From Picochlorum sp. SENEW3 (Eukaryota): a DNA stretch of 64,000 bases. Positions 38,269-51,713 of this stretch are shown in pieces. Below the pieces are notes generated by a model. That model searched no databases, was not told the origin of the DNA, and saw only the letters and a program-made list of their open reading frames with translations. The position numbers and the translations under genes were made by a program. Numbering within the stretch: position 1 is the first letter of the stretch; every line of letters starts with the position of its first letter. Location of the stretch: the NCBI GenBank assembly GCA_034226945.1, contig CP120455.1:992001-1056000 (forward strand), given 5' to 3'.

Positions 38269-41200
38269 TCATGTATCATATGATGATAAAATAGGGTCAG
38301 GTTTCCTCTGCAACGTTCCAATTTTGCTTGTGGGTTGCTGCACTAGAGCTGTGTCTGACGTACAAGGCTCTTGGATGAGTTTGAACATGCCGGTGCCAGT
38401 GGGCATTGGTATACCCATGATGATGCTTTCACTCACACCAGTAACTTTATCAACTCTTCCATGCAGAGCCGCATCGAATAAATGATCTGTTGTCTTCTCA
38501 AAGGATGCGAGCATCAGAACAGACTCTTTCATCTTGGCAATACCAAAGCGGGTAATACCCAACACCTCTCCTCGATTGGTCATGCAGTCGGCGAGCAGCA
38601 TTGTGTGCCTCGAGTCAATTGACATGCCGTGTTGACTCATAGTATATTGTATTTGCTCAATGATCGTTTCTCTAGCAGCCTCAATTCCTAAAACTGATGC
38701 AACTTCCATGATATTGTTGTTTCTCACACGATCGCCAGCAACACCTGCTGTGCCCATGACGTCAAGCATTCCTGTACCTTCCACATAAAGAACAAATTGA
38801 GATTTCGTATCTGATCCAGCTGCGGGATGTGAGATGACTGCTCGGGAGATTGTCGATATTCCAGAGATGACAACATCTGGTACCAGGCTCATCAAGTTTT
38901 GCAAAATGACATCAATGGTCTTCTTCTTGGCATTTTCTTTGTCATCCACAACTGGATGAATTCTTATATGATTCTTCGCCTGAGCAAATACCTGGTTTGG
39001 TTTGAGCTTTAGTTTGGAGTTTTCTAGAATCTTGTAACGTATATCAAATGCATCAAACTCCAATTGCAGTGCTTCCATTGCCTCCATGTCGAGGTATATG
39101 TCCAGATATGCATCATTGGCTTTGCATTTTTGCACTATGCGAGAAGAGATCTGCCCAAGCGTGGTCTTTTCAAGCCTCCCTTTCACAAGTCTGGCTCGAA
39201 CTTCAGCATCCTCAGCTCTGCCGGTCACTTCACCCTTTGACTCTTCGAGTTCAACAAGCATCAGTGGTGTCTGAATATTGCGACTTGCATTTATAATCTC
39301 TTTAATCCTTGGTACACCCAATGTAACATTCATTGAGGCGACACCAGCAAAATGGAATGTTTTGAGGGTCATTTGAGTCCCTGGTTCGCCAATGGATTGG
39401 GCACCAAATGCACCAACTGTAGATCCAGGATCGACAATCTTGCTCCGGTGGCGGTTCTGACACATCTGCAGGAAATATTTCAACTGGGCCTTGTTGAATC
39501 CAATAGGCTTCAAAAGCCTTTCCAATTCAGGTGGACCACACTTATTCAGAGGCAATCCAAGATTCTTTCTAGCAACAGTGAGGTTTTCATGAACTCTTTC
39601 CAGAAAGCTAACAAGGTCCTGGTAGAATTTCTCACTGCATCGTATTGCACCCTTGACCGCCATGCTCGGATCTCTGAGAGGATGAATTTCTTTTGAATCC
39701 GCATTGTATCTCAGGAAATGATTCTGTATCTCTGATTTGATAACCTTCTGTAATTCATTTGGACGAAGAGGGGTATTATCTGCCAAATCTGACTCGGACT
39801 CTGTCCCATCAGAAACCGTTTGAAGGTACTCTAAAGATGACGTAAGATTGAAGAGTCTGTCAAAAGCAATTGGCATACCATCCTTGCCCTCCATTGCCAC
39901 CGGATCCAAACTGTCATCGCCGTACTGGATCTGCATGATTGCGCCCGCGGCATTCCTGACACTCCCATCATAGTGAACGTACAGGTCTTCTAATGCTTTC
40001 ATCAGTCTTCTAGACATGTACCCAGTCTCTGCTGTCTTCACCGCTGTGTCAACGAGACCCTCCCTCCCGGCCATAGTATGGAAGAAAAATTCCGTAGGTT
40101 CGAGGCCAGAGTAAAAGGAGTTTGCTACAAATCCTTTTCCTTCAGGGGTGCGATCACCACGCTTGAAGTGAGGCAAAGTTCGCTCTCTAAATCCATTTGG
40201 CGTACGACTGCCTCCAACAGATTGCTGACCAACGCACGCAACCATTTGAGCAATGTTGATTGGGGATCCCTTTGAACCACACTGCGACATGATCAGTGGG
40301 GAATTAGTTGCATGCAAGGTTTTCATACACGCCGAGGCAGCTTTCTCGCGAATGGAGTTTAGTTCTCCAGTCACGACATTCTCTAGTGACGTTACTGCAT
40401 CACAGCCAGGTGCCAATTTCAGGAGGCCTTTCTGAAAGTCTTTGATGTACTCTTGACACTGACTATATCCTCTGTCAACTGCATCTTTCTTTTGCCTTTG
40501 AAGCTCCTCTGCCGGTGTCACATCATCAATTCCAATACTAAATCCTTTCTCTCCTATAAGTTTTGCACTAAGCTTGGGTAATCTATTCATAACTCTTGCT
40601 GCTGCAACGGGTCCATAATCAGCCGAGAGCACTTGGAACAAGCCAGATTTATTGCCACCACCCAAGGTTGCTTTTCCAAGCCTTCCACAAATCAAATTAG
40701 AACCACGGAATAGAACATATCCATCAGCTAAATCCATGCAAGCTTCGGACGACAAAGAAGATTCCAATGAGCCAAAAATCTTTTCCTTTGTCTCCAACGT
40801 CACATATATTGCATCCTGAATGCGGGGCCGTATAATGAGCGAAAACGCTTGCTTGCCGGTCCACATCTCAACAGGTTTGAATATAGCTGGCGGAGGCAAG
40901 TCCAGTAGTTCTCCAGATTGATTAAAGTCTGCATCAAGATTGAATACACCACCGCTCAATAGATTGTTCAAGAAAAACTCACAACTATCCAACATACCTA
41001 AAAAGTATGAAGCAATCCGACAAATATCTGGCCGTGCCAAAAATGTATCTTTGCAACTCAACAAGAAAGAACAAGTCAGAAAATCCTGAGTCGCCGCAAC
41101 AAGGATTTCTCCACTCTTTGGTGTTGACAAGTTTGCAGTCACACCCAGAAGCTCACGTGCTTCTGCTCTGGCTTCTTCAGTTTGCGGAACATGAAGATTC

Positions 41201-42924
41201 ATTTCATCCCCATCAAAATCTGCATTGTATGGGGCGCATACACACTCATTAAATCGCAATGTTCTTCCTTCAAGCACTCTCACACGATGTGCCATGATTG
41301 ATAACCTATGCAGAGAAGGCTGCCTGTTGAACAGAACAATGTCACCATCTGCAGAGAAACAGCAGGCATGTTAGATACCACGAATATACACTATTATAAA
41401 TAGTCTATCGTACCTTCGAGATGGCGTTCAACGACATCGCCAATGTTGAGCTGAGCTGCAATTCTTCGTCTATCCCCAAATTTAAGAAAAACCTTGTCTC
41501 CAGAGGGAAATACTACAAAATTTGCCCCAGGATGCTCACTTGCTCCTGTTTCAACTCGCTTTCGTAGCTTTTCAATATTACTCCTGGTCACTTTTTCCGG
41601 ATATGTCAACGTCATGGCCATCAAACGAGGGACTCCGACCTCTTCAATTCCCAAGGTGGGATTTGGTGAGATGACAGTTCTGCCAGAGAAATCCACTCGT
41701 TTTCCACTCAAATTTCCCCTAAATCTCCCCTGTTTTCCTTTTAATCTCTGAACAAACCCTCTTGTAGGCTTTCCAGGTACCTGATACATCGACGTCACGC
41801 CAGGAAGATCCGAATTGATGTACACAGCACATTGAACCTGCAAAAAGTCCCAGTTCTCTGCAATATTGGAAATGGGAAGACCCCTCTCCAACCCCTGCCT
41901 CAATATATTATTAACCTCTACTATTTGCATCAACTTGACCGTCAAATCATCTTCATTCGACCCCGCCCCAGCATCCATCTCCACACTCGGTCGAATACAC
42001 ACAGGAGGCACTGGTATAGCCGTGAGCAACAAATCTTCAGGCCTGCCAGTCAAATCCAACAACTCACAGTCTTCATCTGGAATTGCACGAAACAGCCCTT
42101 GAACACGCAATGGATTTAAATCATCCATTGCAGCCTTCAAGTTGGCCTTGAGCGCTTCATTCATACTCGCCGCCTTGTCAAACTCCCGCCTGTATTCCTC
42201 TGCAGCCTCCTCAGACTTGTGAAACTGATCATGAATCAACTTCAACGACGACGGTGCCTTCTTCACCGGTCCATTAAGCTCTCCACAATGTGGGCAAATC
42301 CTTACACGCTTACACCTGTCCAGCACACGCTTGAACAAGTTCTCTCTCCTCACACGCTCCATGGAACTATTCCTAAACTTGCGAGCTGCCATTCTCCTCT
42401 CATTATCACTCAACAAAACCCGTGCACAACACTTGCACACACACTGAAGAATCTGAAGAGTACTTCTAAAATACCCAATATGAAACACCGGCAACTCGAG
42501 CTTGATATACCCAAAGTGCCCAGTACAATCAGCAAGCATCTGCCCGCACGTCTCACATGTTGCTCTCTTACTACTAATCCCAAGCCTAGGATCCAGCACC
42601 CCATTCTTCTGCGGCCGCCGCTCCGGCATTTTATACAATGCTCTTTCAAACACCTGAAACTCGCCGGAATTCATAATCTCCACCGAGTTCATAATCCCAA
42701 AAGAGATCTTCTCACTGCAAGCATTAAAAAAACAATTGAGAACAATACAGTAATACAATGAGTCAGCGATCGATGCCACTCCAGTCGAGTCTGCTCTGCG
42801 TATAAAATACTACACATGTGATGATGATACAATTCACAACGCACATCCTCCTTGGAACCCCAGTCTCCTCCACTGGCAATTTGGCCGTGCCATTGCCAAT
42901 GCTGGCACCAGCCTCCCCCGTCAT
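38269..42924 (-). CDS. RPC1: RNA polymerase III largest subunit; exons 42924-42845, 42714-41414, 41348-40998, 40928-38269
   Basis: CETCG..LADCTGHFGYIKL, QRLKGKQGRFRGNLSGKRVDFSGRTVISP, NECVCAPYNADFDGDEMN, QSIGEPGTQMTLKTFHFAGV, GITRFGIAKMK.SVL.LASFEKT; no CTD heptads. Confidence 0.95.
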
Positions 42925-43347
42925 GCCACGCTTTCCTTTCTCACTCCACTAAATTGTTTATAGCAATCTTTAAATAAATATCTGCTATCCAAAGGGCTAA
43001 ATCAATCTATTCCAAAGCCAATACACGCGAGAACATTTGTTCATGCATGACACGCACATATCCGTCATCTACTGGATACATGCATCATTTTCATTGATAT
43101 AAAGCAATAATATGAATAGATTGAGTATATTCTCAAGGTCAACCGTACATTCATGCATGCCATCAAAATCTCCTAATTAGACTATATAAAAACATTACAA
43201 TGTTTTATATTGGGAATGCACCATGTGCTGAGCATCCTACCCTGCGTGTTACTGTCCAAAATATAATGTATTTGTGTACATAGGAGAGTGGCTGCGTGAT
43301 TGAAGACATACAGAGCGAATACGGGAGTCATCCTTCTTTCAACAACT

Positions 43348-46300
43348 ATGGAGGGAGAGGAGTTGAGTGGAGTTGAAAAGAATGGTGCTGCCATCGTCTC
43401 TCGACGATCTACAGAATTTGATTTAGATCCAATAATATCACGTCGTAGTTCTGCGTACTTTGATGAGGAGGATTTGCTGGGGTATAAGATTTGGGTGGCG
43501 GAACTCGAGTTGCTCGTGGGGCAAAAGACAAAAGGCAAGGTGGATTTCAGGGCGTGTTACATTTTATTACAAAAGCTGAATGCTACTATTGAGAAGACGA
43601 GTGTTGAAGAGTTGAAGGAGTATCAGCGGCGATGTGAGGATGCATTGGTTGATATTTTGTTAAAGGGTGCTCCACCTCCTGTACGTGTGTATGGTTTTCA
43701 ACAAGGGGTTTTGCTTTGTATTCTTGATATTCTTACTTCATATTGCATCTATATATATATAGGCTCGGCGTTTAATATGTTCGTCTTTGAGTAAAATGTA
43801 TGGGAAGGGGGATCAGTTGCCATTGTTTTCACGGGTGAGTTCACTGCAATTGTTCCTTGGGACAAGAGAGGCATTTGGGTCGCAGACATCTGAGGATATT
43901 CGACTGGGGGCTATGGAGTTGATGACCGAGCTGTATTATTCTCATGGGAGGTCGTTGGCTGTCGGTGTGTTGGAGACGTGCTTGATTGCGGTGAAGTATT
44001 GTTCTCGTTCGTGTTTGAATTCTACTCGACAGGCTGGGTTGAGGTTGCTATCTGCAACCATTGAAGGGGTGGGGTATCAGCACAGAGAGGCTGATCGGGT
44101 TCAGAGTGAAGGATTGAAATGTATAGAGAAGATCATGAAGGAGAAGAATAGAGGTGATCCGGTGAGCCTTGGGGTATCTGATGTGCTGCGAGCAGTAGCT
44201 GCCTGCGTGCCGGTGGAGTTGTGGCTGAGTGGGAGTCTAAGCCACGACACGGCGCGAACATTATGTTTGAGTGGTATTCGTGATCCATCTTCAGCAGTAC
44301 GGTATTCTTTTAGTGTAGCATTGGGGCAATTAGTTGCGTCTGCGCATAGCATTGATGATGAGAGTGCAAAGGAGATTGTCTCACATAAGAATGCCACTAT
44401 GGAGCAGTGTCTGATAGCACCTCTGGCTGAGGCGTTGTTATCAGAAGATAGGCATGCAAGTATAGCTCTTTCTCAGGCGTGGGTGTACTTTTTACGTTAT
44501 ATTAAGACGCATAATGGCATTGATGATTCAGCATTGTTGCAATTGTCAAAGGGTCCACTGGTGTCTGTCAGGGTTGCGAGTGCGACATCAAGCAGCCTTC
44601 ATATTGAAAAAGGTCCCACAGGCCCTGACGTTGGGTTGGGTGCAAGTTTGAGTACGGGAGAAAGGCCATTCTCTCAAGCATGTGCCATGTATATTTTGCG
44701 TTGTGGGATCATTGAGCAGTTGGGTGAATTTGGTCAGCGAGAGATGTTGTTAAACTTGGTTGATGCCCTATTGCACTCTATCAAGGATTTTCCCCCATCC
44801 CTGATTATTGTGGAATTGGAATGTATGTCCTACTTGATGGAGGTGTTGGGTGAAATTGGGGATGAAGCTTCTGAATCAGTTGAAAAGTTATTGGCGACTT
44901 GTCTGTCGCATGATTCTGCTGTCGTTCGATGTCGAGGGGGTTCCACATTGGCGTCGCTTGCTATTGCCGAGCCAGGGCGGGCTGCGCGATTGTTTGGATC
45001 ATCTCTGAATGCACTCAAAAATGCTGCTGATGCTCTAGTTGATATATCGAGTTCAGTCAGTGATAAATCCCGAACGCAGCAGGGAATTCCTCGATGGGCG
45101 GGATCAAGTAAATTTGGAAAGGAGATTCATGCTCTTCATGGGTGGTCTTGTGCTGTGACGTGCTTGGTTGGGGCCGTGCCATCGCTTCCTCTCGGCATAC
45201 CATCACAGTATCTCAAAGTGACGAGCCAAATCGCTGCGGCACTTATTGAGTCGCCCAGATGCGATCACCCTGGTGCCAGATGTGCAGAGCTGGAAAGTGG
45301 CTACATGATTCTTGGGTCTCTTTCCAAGCATGCTTTGTCTCAGTTTGCAGCCGTTTATTGCGATCCTATTTTGAATATATGGCTTCCTGTGTTTGATGAA
45401 TCTCCTATGAAAGATTTTCAGAGCGTATTAGACACGAAAGATGTGCGTGTCTGTGTTTGTTTGAGTGTATATTTGAGGTATTCAGTTCCTCTGACAGTTG
45501 TGTTGTTGTGTACAGGAGCAAGCATCATCTGCAGAGATGTGGTGGAGAGCAGAAGCACTCCATGCTCTGAGCTCGTATATTTCATCGAATTTGGAATATT
45601 TCAGTGCAGACGAAAAGCATACTCTTTATGGATGGTTGACTGCCATGGTTAAGGTCGTCCTTGACAATCACGTGATCTGTCAGTCCACAATGAATGCCTC
45701 TAGGTCTGGGTTCAGCCAAGTACAGGCATGTGCTAGTCTTTTTCAGACTCGCCTCTTCAAAATTTTATCTTTAATGCCAAGTGAATTTTGGGCAGACGAG
45801 GCTTTGTCAGCATTATGCAACAATTGTGTCGAGGGTATAGCTAATTCTGCAAATAGTGTTCTGTCAGTGTCCGGATTGAAGCATTTCCTCACTTTCCTGC
45901 TCGATAATGATGATGAACTCATTCAAAGATTCTTTTTCAGTAAAGATATATTCGAAAGGGATCTCATGCGGTTTTCAGGTGCTTCAGGAGGTCTCGAAAG
46001 GGATATTATGAGCCTGCAGGTTTCCTCTGCATCTGCTGGGGAGCCCTCATTTTTCCAGTCTGTTTCGTTACCTGAGGCCCTGCTGATCGCCAGGGTCGTG
46101 ATTATATCGTGCGTTTTGATGCACAGCTCTGAAGATGAGCGATCTGACATCGTGAAAAGATTGGTAGACTTGCCTTCGATGGTGAGGAAAGATAAGACTG
46201 GTTCCAAGAGGTTGGCATTGGCTATGGTTGCTGCCTCCCCTCTGATACTAGGCTTCGGGACAAGTGAAAGTCCCAAATCGCTGCCCATGGAATGCATCCA

Positions 46301-49300
46301 AAAGATTGAAAATATGGCTGAAAATTTGGTTTCGGAGTCCTCCAAAGGATTTTGGGTACAAATCACGGCATCTAATCTATACTCTGCCATATCAAACTTG
46401 ATTGACATTCAACACTCATATCAGCTGCTCTCGGCTCTCTGCGAGAATGCTGTCAGTACGCCTTCACTGGATCAGAGAGCGACATACGTCCTTTCTATTG
46501 GAAGCATCAGTCGTGCTCTCGGAGGTCTTGGGCTCGCATCGCTTTTGCCGCAGATTGTTCAAACATTGCATGCCCTTGCAAAAGCTTCAGCAAGTTCAAT
46601 ATCTGCGTTAATTGCGCACGCGTTGACGGTCGCATCTTCATCATCCGGTCCAGCATTTTTACCCTACGTAAAGAAGACTTTAGATATAGCTCAAGAGATG
46701 ATACTGGATGATAGCATCTATTCGACTGCTGGCTTGCTTCCAAGCATTGGCCGGCTGGGGAATGCCATGGTGGCTTGTCTTGGACCAGACTATGTACCAG
46801 GCAGCGATGCATATGCTATTTGCCGTTCGATTGTCTCAGAACTTCGAGCACCCGACTCTAGTGGTGTTCGACTGAAGGAGGATATTCTATCGGGAGCTCT
46901 GGAATCAGTTCATTATGTGCAGATGCTTGTGCTATTTGTTCCCAATGCTCTAACAACAGCACAGCATGTAGCTGTTCTCGTAGGAACGTTGCCCTCGAGA
47001 CAGCCCAATCTGCGCAGAGCAGCGGCTGATACTATTCGACATCTCACAGAGAAAGAAACAAAAGATGTTCTGCAGCAGAACATACAGGCCAGTCTGTTTG
47101 CAGCTCTTGATGGAGAGACAGATCTATCAACCACAAGGCAATTAAAACAGACAATAGAGGTGCTTCTTGAGAATGGAGCTGCCAAGAGTCCATCCGATTG
47201 GATTAGACTTCTTGGAGGCATTTCTACTGCTGCATTACCAAAAAGGCAGGAAGATTCGTCGAGGGAAATTTTTGGGATTGATGATGACGATGACACCCCT
47301 GAGATTGAGGTTCCCAAGGAAAGGGAAGATGCCTCTGTCTTGAGACCAAGACTAAAAACACGTATCTTTGCTGCGGACTTGCTTTCCAGAATACCTCGTC
47401 TCGCGTCTCAGTCTTCAAAAGTTCATTTGGATGCAATTGAAGCGGAGAGACATCAGGGCGACTGGCTGGTCTTATCTGGAGCAGCATTGGTAGACATTGG
47501 ATTCAAACTGGCATCAGGGGATGTGGATGGTCTGCGATCTAGAGGAGTTCAACTACTTGTCGAAACTCTGGATGCGTTAGGTTCATCAAAAGATCCTCTG
47601 TCCCCAGAGGATTTGCTCATGGTACAATTTCAGGCACAATTTGTTTCAGCGCTGCGATTGTCCCTATCGAAAGGCGCATCACCAGCTGTCAATGCTGCTG
47701 GTTGCTCTCTGGTAGCATCGTTCCTCGAGAAGGGTATTTCATCAGGTGATAATGCACTCATGGAAAAAATTTTGGGGCTTTTGTGCGAACCGCTGAGCCT
47801 TTGGTCGTCTGGGTCTCCAGATCAAACACAGAACGCATACTCTGAATGGGTGGCAGCTGGTGCTCGAGTGGCCTTATTAGAGTCACATGCAATCTGTGCG
47901 ACTTTGCAGGAAAGTTTGGAGAGTTCTCAAGGCTCTCGATATAGCGAAATCGTCACCCGTTCCCATGGCCCTTTCTACACCATTCTTGTAGAATGCTGGA
48001 CAGGTCTTTTAGAGGACACTGTAGTTTTGCTCAAGGAGGAGCCAGCACATCATGCATCATACACTCTCAGCCTCTATGGCAGGCTTGGAGCCTCAAAAGC
48101 TCCTACTCTCAAAGATGCTAAACGAGGAATTGAAGAGCCAATGAGGAAGGCATGGCCAAGGATTCTTGATGCAGCAACCCTAGTCATGGCACAGGACAGG
48201 ACTGTATCGCATGGTAATTCTGGACAAGCGCGATATTGCTCACTTTTTGAGCTAGCAGTTGCTTGCTCAACATTTGATGCTTCTTTTGGGCATACCAAGG
48301 TTTCGATTTTGAGATCTTTTGCCCGTCTGACAAAACCACAGTATGCTACTCAAGGGTGGGTCGATGATGTCATGATTGACGAAGCTGCCATGGTTGCATT
48401 AGAAATAATGAAAGATTACAGAACATCAGGTGACGAATTGATTGAAATTTGCTCACTAGGTAGTGAGATAATCAGCAACATTGTGGAGATATCAGCCAGA
48501 AAGCGAGTTCCTGGAGGACTGGAGTCTCGATTCTGCTGGGCAATTGAATGCATCCATCTGTCCGCTGCCTCAGCATCTTCTTGCCTCGAGAAGAGCCTAG
48601 AAATTCCTCGAAAAGCACTTGGAATCCTTGTCTCTAGTGCCGCAGCACCAGAGGAGGTTTGCTATTGTCTGTATCACTCCTTAAAGTGTGCCACAACTCT
48701 CTTGTCTAGCAGTCCTCCAGAAAGAATCACATCCCTTGCATACCGACATATAACTGAGGCTGCAAGCATTGTATCCGGGGAAAAGACTGATACTCTGGAT
48801 AAAGCAATGGCCATTGATCTAGACGTGCCATCTATATCTGAGATCCTCACATGTGCATTCTCGGAGATGACATTGAAATTCATAGAAGCATGCGATCAAA
48901 ATGAGTCTGTTGAGCACTTGTTGCATGTTCTACTCTTTTTGGGACAAATTGTGTCCCACCAAGACTCTAAAACAGAGGCAGGAATCTCAGAATGCCAAGG
49001 GACATTCCTAGGATGCCTTCAAGCCGCCATGTCAACCTCACAAGCAAATCTTCGACAGACAATGGTTGCAGGCATAGATGTGTGGATTGAAGAAAATCCT
49101 CCCGCGACTCCTTGGGTACTACAGTGCTGTTCAGTAATATATCCTGCCATCATTGGAGATCTGTTCGAGTATGCTACAGCAGATGGGACCACAGCATTCA
49201 ATCCTGAGCACATTCAGATGGCAATCCAAATATGCACAGGATTCTGCACTGTGCGCGGAGAATCATACTTGCCCAGCATTTTACCTATTCTGGTTCGCAT

Positions 49301-49565
49301 TGCTTCACAAGGTGAGGAGAAGAAAGTCACAACGGCAGCAGTTGCAGCCTTGCTGCATATTGCTCAAGGCCCACTCTCTTCCTCATTCAAATCCCTCATG
49401 CTTCATTTACCAGAAGAGGAAAGATTGAGCCTTCACAAGGTACTCACGTCAGGCTCTTCTCCGCGCCATGAGAGAAAGCCCTCAGGGACAACAACAGGCA
49501 ATCCAGCCAGTGCCCCCGTGTTGAAAGGTTTTCAAGCACTTGACCTTTCTCGCTTCAAGAAATAA
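43348..49565 (+). CDS. HEATR5: HEAT-repeat protein, HEATR5/SWEETIE-like; exons 43348-43680, 43763-45442, 45516-49565
   Basis: GAPPP.R...C..L..MY.KGD..PLFS, LPLGIPS, VQMLVLFVP, LRRAAADTIRHL, LF..LDGETD, PR.KTR.FAA, GDWLVL....LVD.GF.LAS, QFQAQFVSALR. Confidence 0.85.
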
Positions 49566-49599
49566 AGTCATTATATTGTATCTACATAGTAAAGTACTG

Positions 49600-50402
49600 T
49601 CACTTTTGGATCACTGCACACATATGCTTCATAGAATCCTCCTTGAATTTGTTCTGGTACACTCTCAACAGAGGATATGCCAACAAGGCAACCAATGTAT
49701 CAGGGCGCGACACGGTCTGAACTCCATACCACACACTCCCATCTTTCTTCATATCTACCACGAAAGTTTCCTCTCCAGCCAACTGATGCCCTTCTAGGGT
49801 CCTATGACAAAACGATACTCTATTTCGTCCAATCTGCTTGGAGCACACACGCAGTGGATTGATGGTCCACAACCCCAATGCTCGTGCCACGACAACAACA
49901 GGGGCCCCAACACGCACATCAGGACTATTCGTATACGCCCATCCGAGTCGAAAATGCTCCCAGGATAGAATCATCTGTGAAGCCTTCTTGAACGCCTTCC
50001 TTCCACTGCCAAGCCGAACTTGAGAGGAATCCTCTGAGAAGAACACAGATGAGGCAATTGTTTGAACAGCTCTATCAACAGCATTCTTCTTCTCGTTCGT
50101 CCTTGCATCTTGCCCTTCTTTCTTTACCGTACTGCGACGATTGTCGTAGTTCCATGGCAACCTGCATCATCCAACCTAAATGTTGTCAACCTTTTTTTCT
50201 GAGAGCAAAACAAAGGCACACATCACATGATCGCGATCAAACACCCTGTGGAATCATGTGATGCCCATAGAACAACAGCACCAACATCAGCAGTCGCAGT
50301 CGCATTATAAATTCCGTACCGAGGGACCTGCTGAACAACCTCTTCCTGTTGCTCTCTGCTCGGCTGACCAATATAAAAAGGACCAATTCGGCACCCAGGC
50401 AT
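49600..50402 (-). CDS. DUF1990 (UPF0548) family protein; exons 50402-50320 and 50161-49600
   Basis: WNY, RLGSGRKAF.KA...I.SWEHF.LGW, W.INPLRV, TLEGHQLAGEETF.V, VSRP. Confidence 0.85.
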
Positions 50403-50675
50403 TTGATGGGTATGGATGGTAGATTATTGGGGTCCAATATTCATTAAGTAAACAATATTTGTCAGTTAGATGCGTCCATCACGCATGTTCATAGCATAAA
50501 GAGACTGAGACAAACCACATGAAAATTCCTTCAAACGAATATATAAAAAGGCCTTTTCCTAGGAAAACAGGCTGCTCTTAACGTTTGTAATCCCTTTCTA
50601 TAGACTTGATGATTCACCAGATACACTGGAATTCTTTTTTCTAGCGACACACGTGTGTAAATTTGACGGTAGATC

Positions 50676-51665
50676 ATGACAAGATTGTCAATTCGACGAC
50701 TGCCGCATTGGCTGGGACAAGGATTCCAAGGCAATTCTTGGCCTCTGCTGAGCACTGTCTCCGATAGGCTTGTTTCTAGCATCTCAATACACGATTGTAT
50801 CAATACTGGGCATCAGCAGACTGATAGACGGTGTGTACATTCGAGTACACGCACGAATAAGGACGAGTCAGAAACAAACCCGAGCTCGTCTGCACCAGAG
50901 GGGGAGAGCGGGACGACAGGAACGGATCAGGCGAGTACTACAGAGAAGGAGCAGACGCCGGGGGAGATTGCGAGGCAGCGAGCAGAGTATTGGGTAGCAA
51001 AAGGGTTTACACCCAGGCAAGCAGCCTGGTTGAGTCCTGATCCGGACAAGGCAAGGAAGCCTCGACTGACGCGGAAAGAAGCTGGTAGTTATGGGCGACC
51101 AGATATGGTGGCAGAGTATGTGAGAGAGGTGCAGGATGGGTTCATGCTGCCAGAGGGTGTTTCCATGTATAATTTGGATGAAGCAATACCAGAGATTATG
51201 GAGCCCAAATGCCCCGAATTTGATATGATGATGTCGATCAGAGAGCAGAATCCGGATGTGAGTGTGATTGATGCAGCGAGAATGGTGGGGTTGGATATTC
51301 CAGAGTCTATTATGGAGCAGGAGGAGCAGTTGTTGAGAGAGGAGAAGGAGGGTGTGCCTCATGTCTACTGGACGTATCGTAATGTGTTGACGCCGGCGAC
51401 CATTGGAGAAGAGCATCCTGTGAATAAAAAGGTCAAGTGTGAGTTTCGCTTGAAGACGTTACAAGAGGTTCATGGTCTGTCGGATGAGGGGGCCGAGTAT
51501 ATTGCATTGATTTGTGACAAGAGGTATAATCCAAAGACTGGCATGGTGACCTTGGTGTCAGACACGTGTCCTGATAGACAGGGGAATACAGAGAGGATTG
51601 AAAAGATCATTAAAGATTTGGTCGTGGAGGGTAAACGCGTTGGTCAGAAACAGCGTGCCTCGTAA
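50676..51665 (+). CDS. MRPS35: Mitochondrial ribosomal small-subunit protein mS35-like
   Basis: Mitochondrial-type leader; C-terminal EHPVNKKVKC.F.L..L....GLS......I..IC.KRYNP.TG.VTLVSD....R..N. Confidence 0.75.
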   Translation: MTRLSIRRLPHWLGQGFQGNSWPLLSTVSDRLVSSISIHDCINTGHQQTDRRCVHSSTRTNKDESETNPSSSAPEGESGTTGTDQASTTEKEQTPGEIARQRAEYWVAKGFTPRQAAWLSPDPDKARKPRLTRKEAGSYGRPDMVAEYVREVQDGFMLPEGVSMYNLDEAIPEIMEPKCPEFDMMMSIREQNPDVSVIDAARMVGLDIPESIMEQEEQLLREEKEGVPHVYWTYRNVLTPATIGEEHPVNKKVKCEFRLKTLQEVHGLSDEGAEYIALICDKRYNPKTGMVTLVSDTCPDRQGNTERIEKIIKDLVVEGKRVGQKQRAS

Positions 51666-51713
51666 TTATATTTGCTTTTACAAACATGTAATTGATCGAT
51701 TGCAACAGCCATG

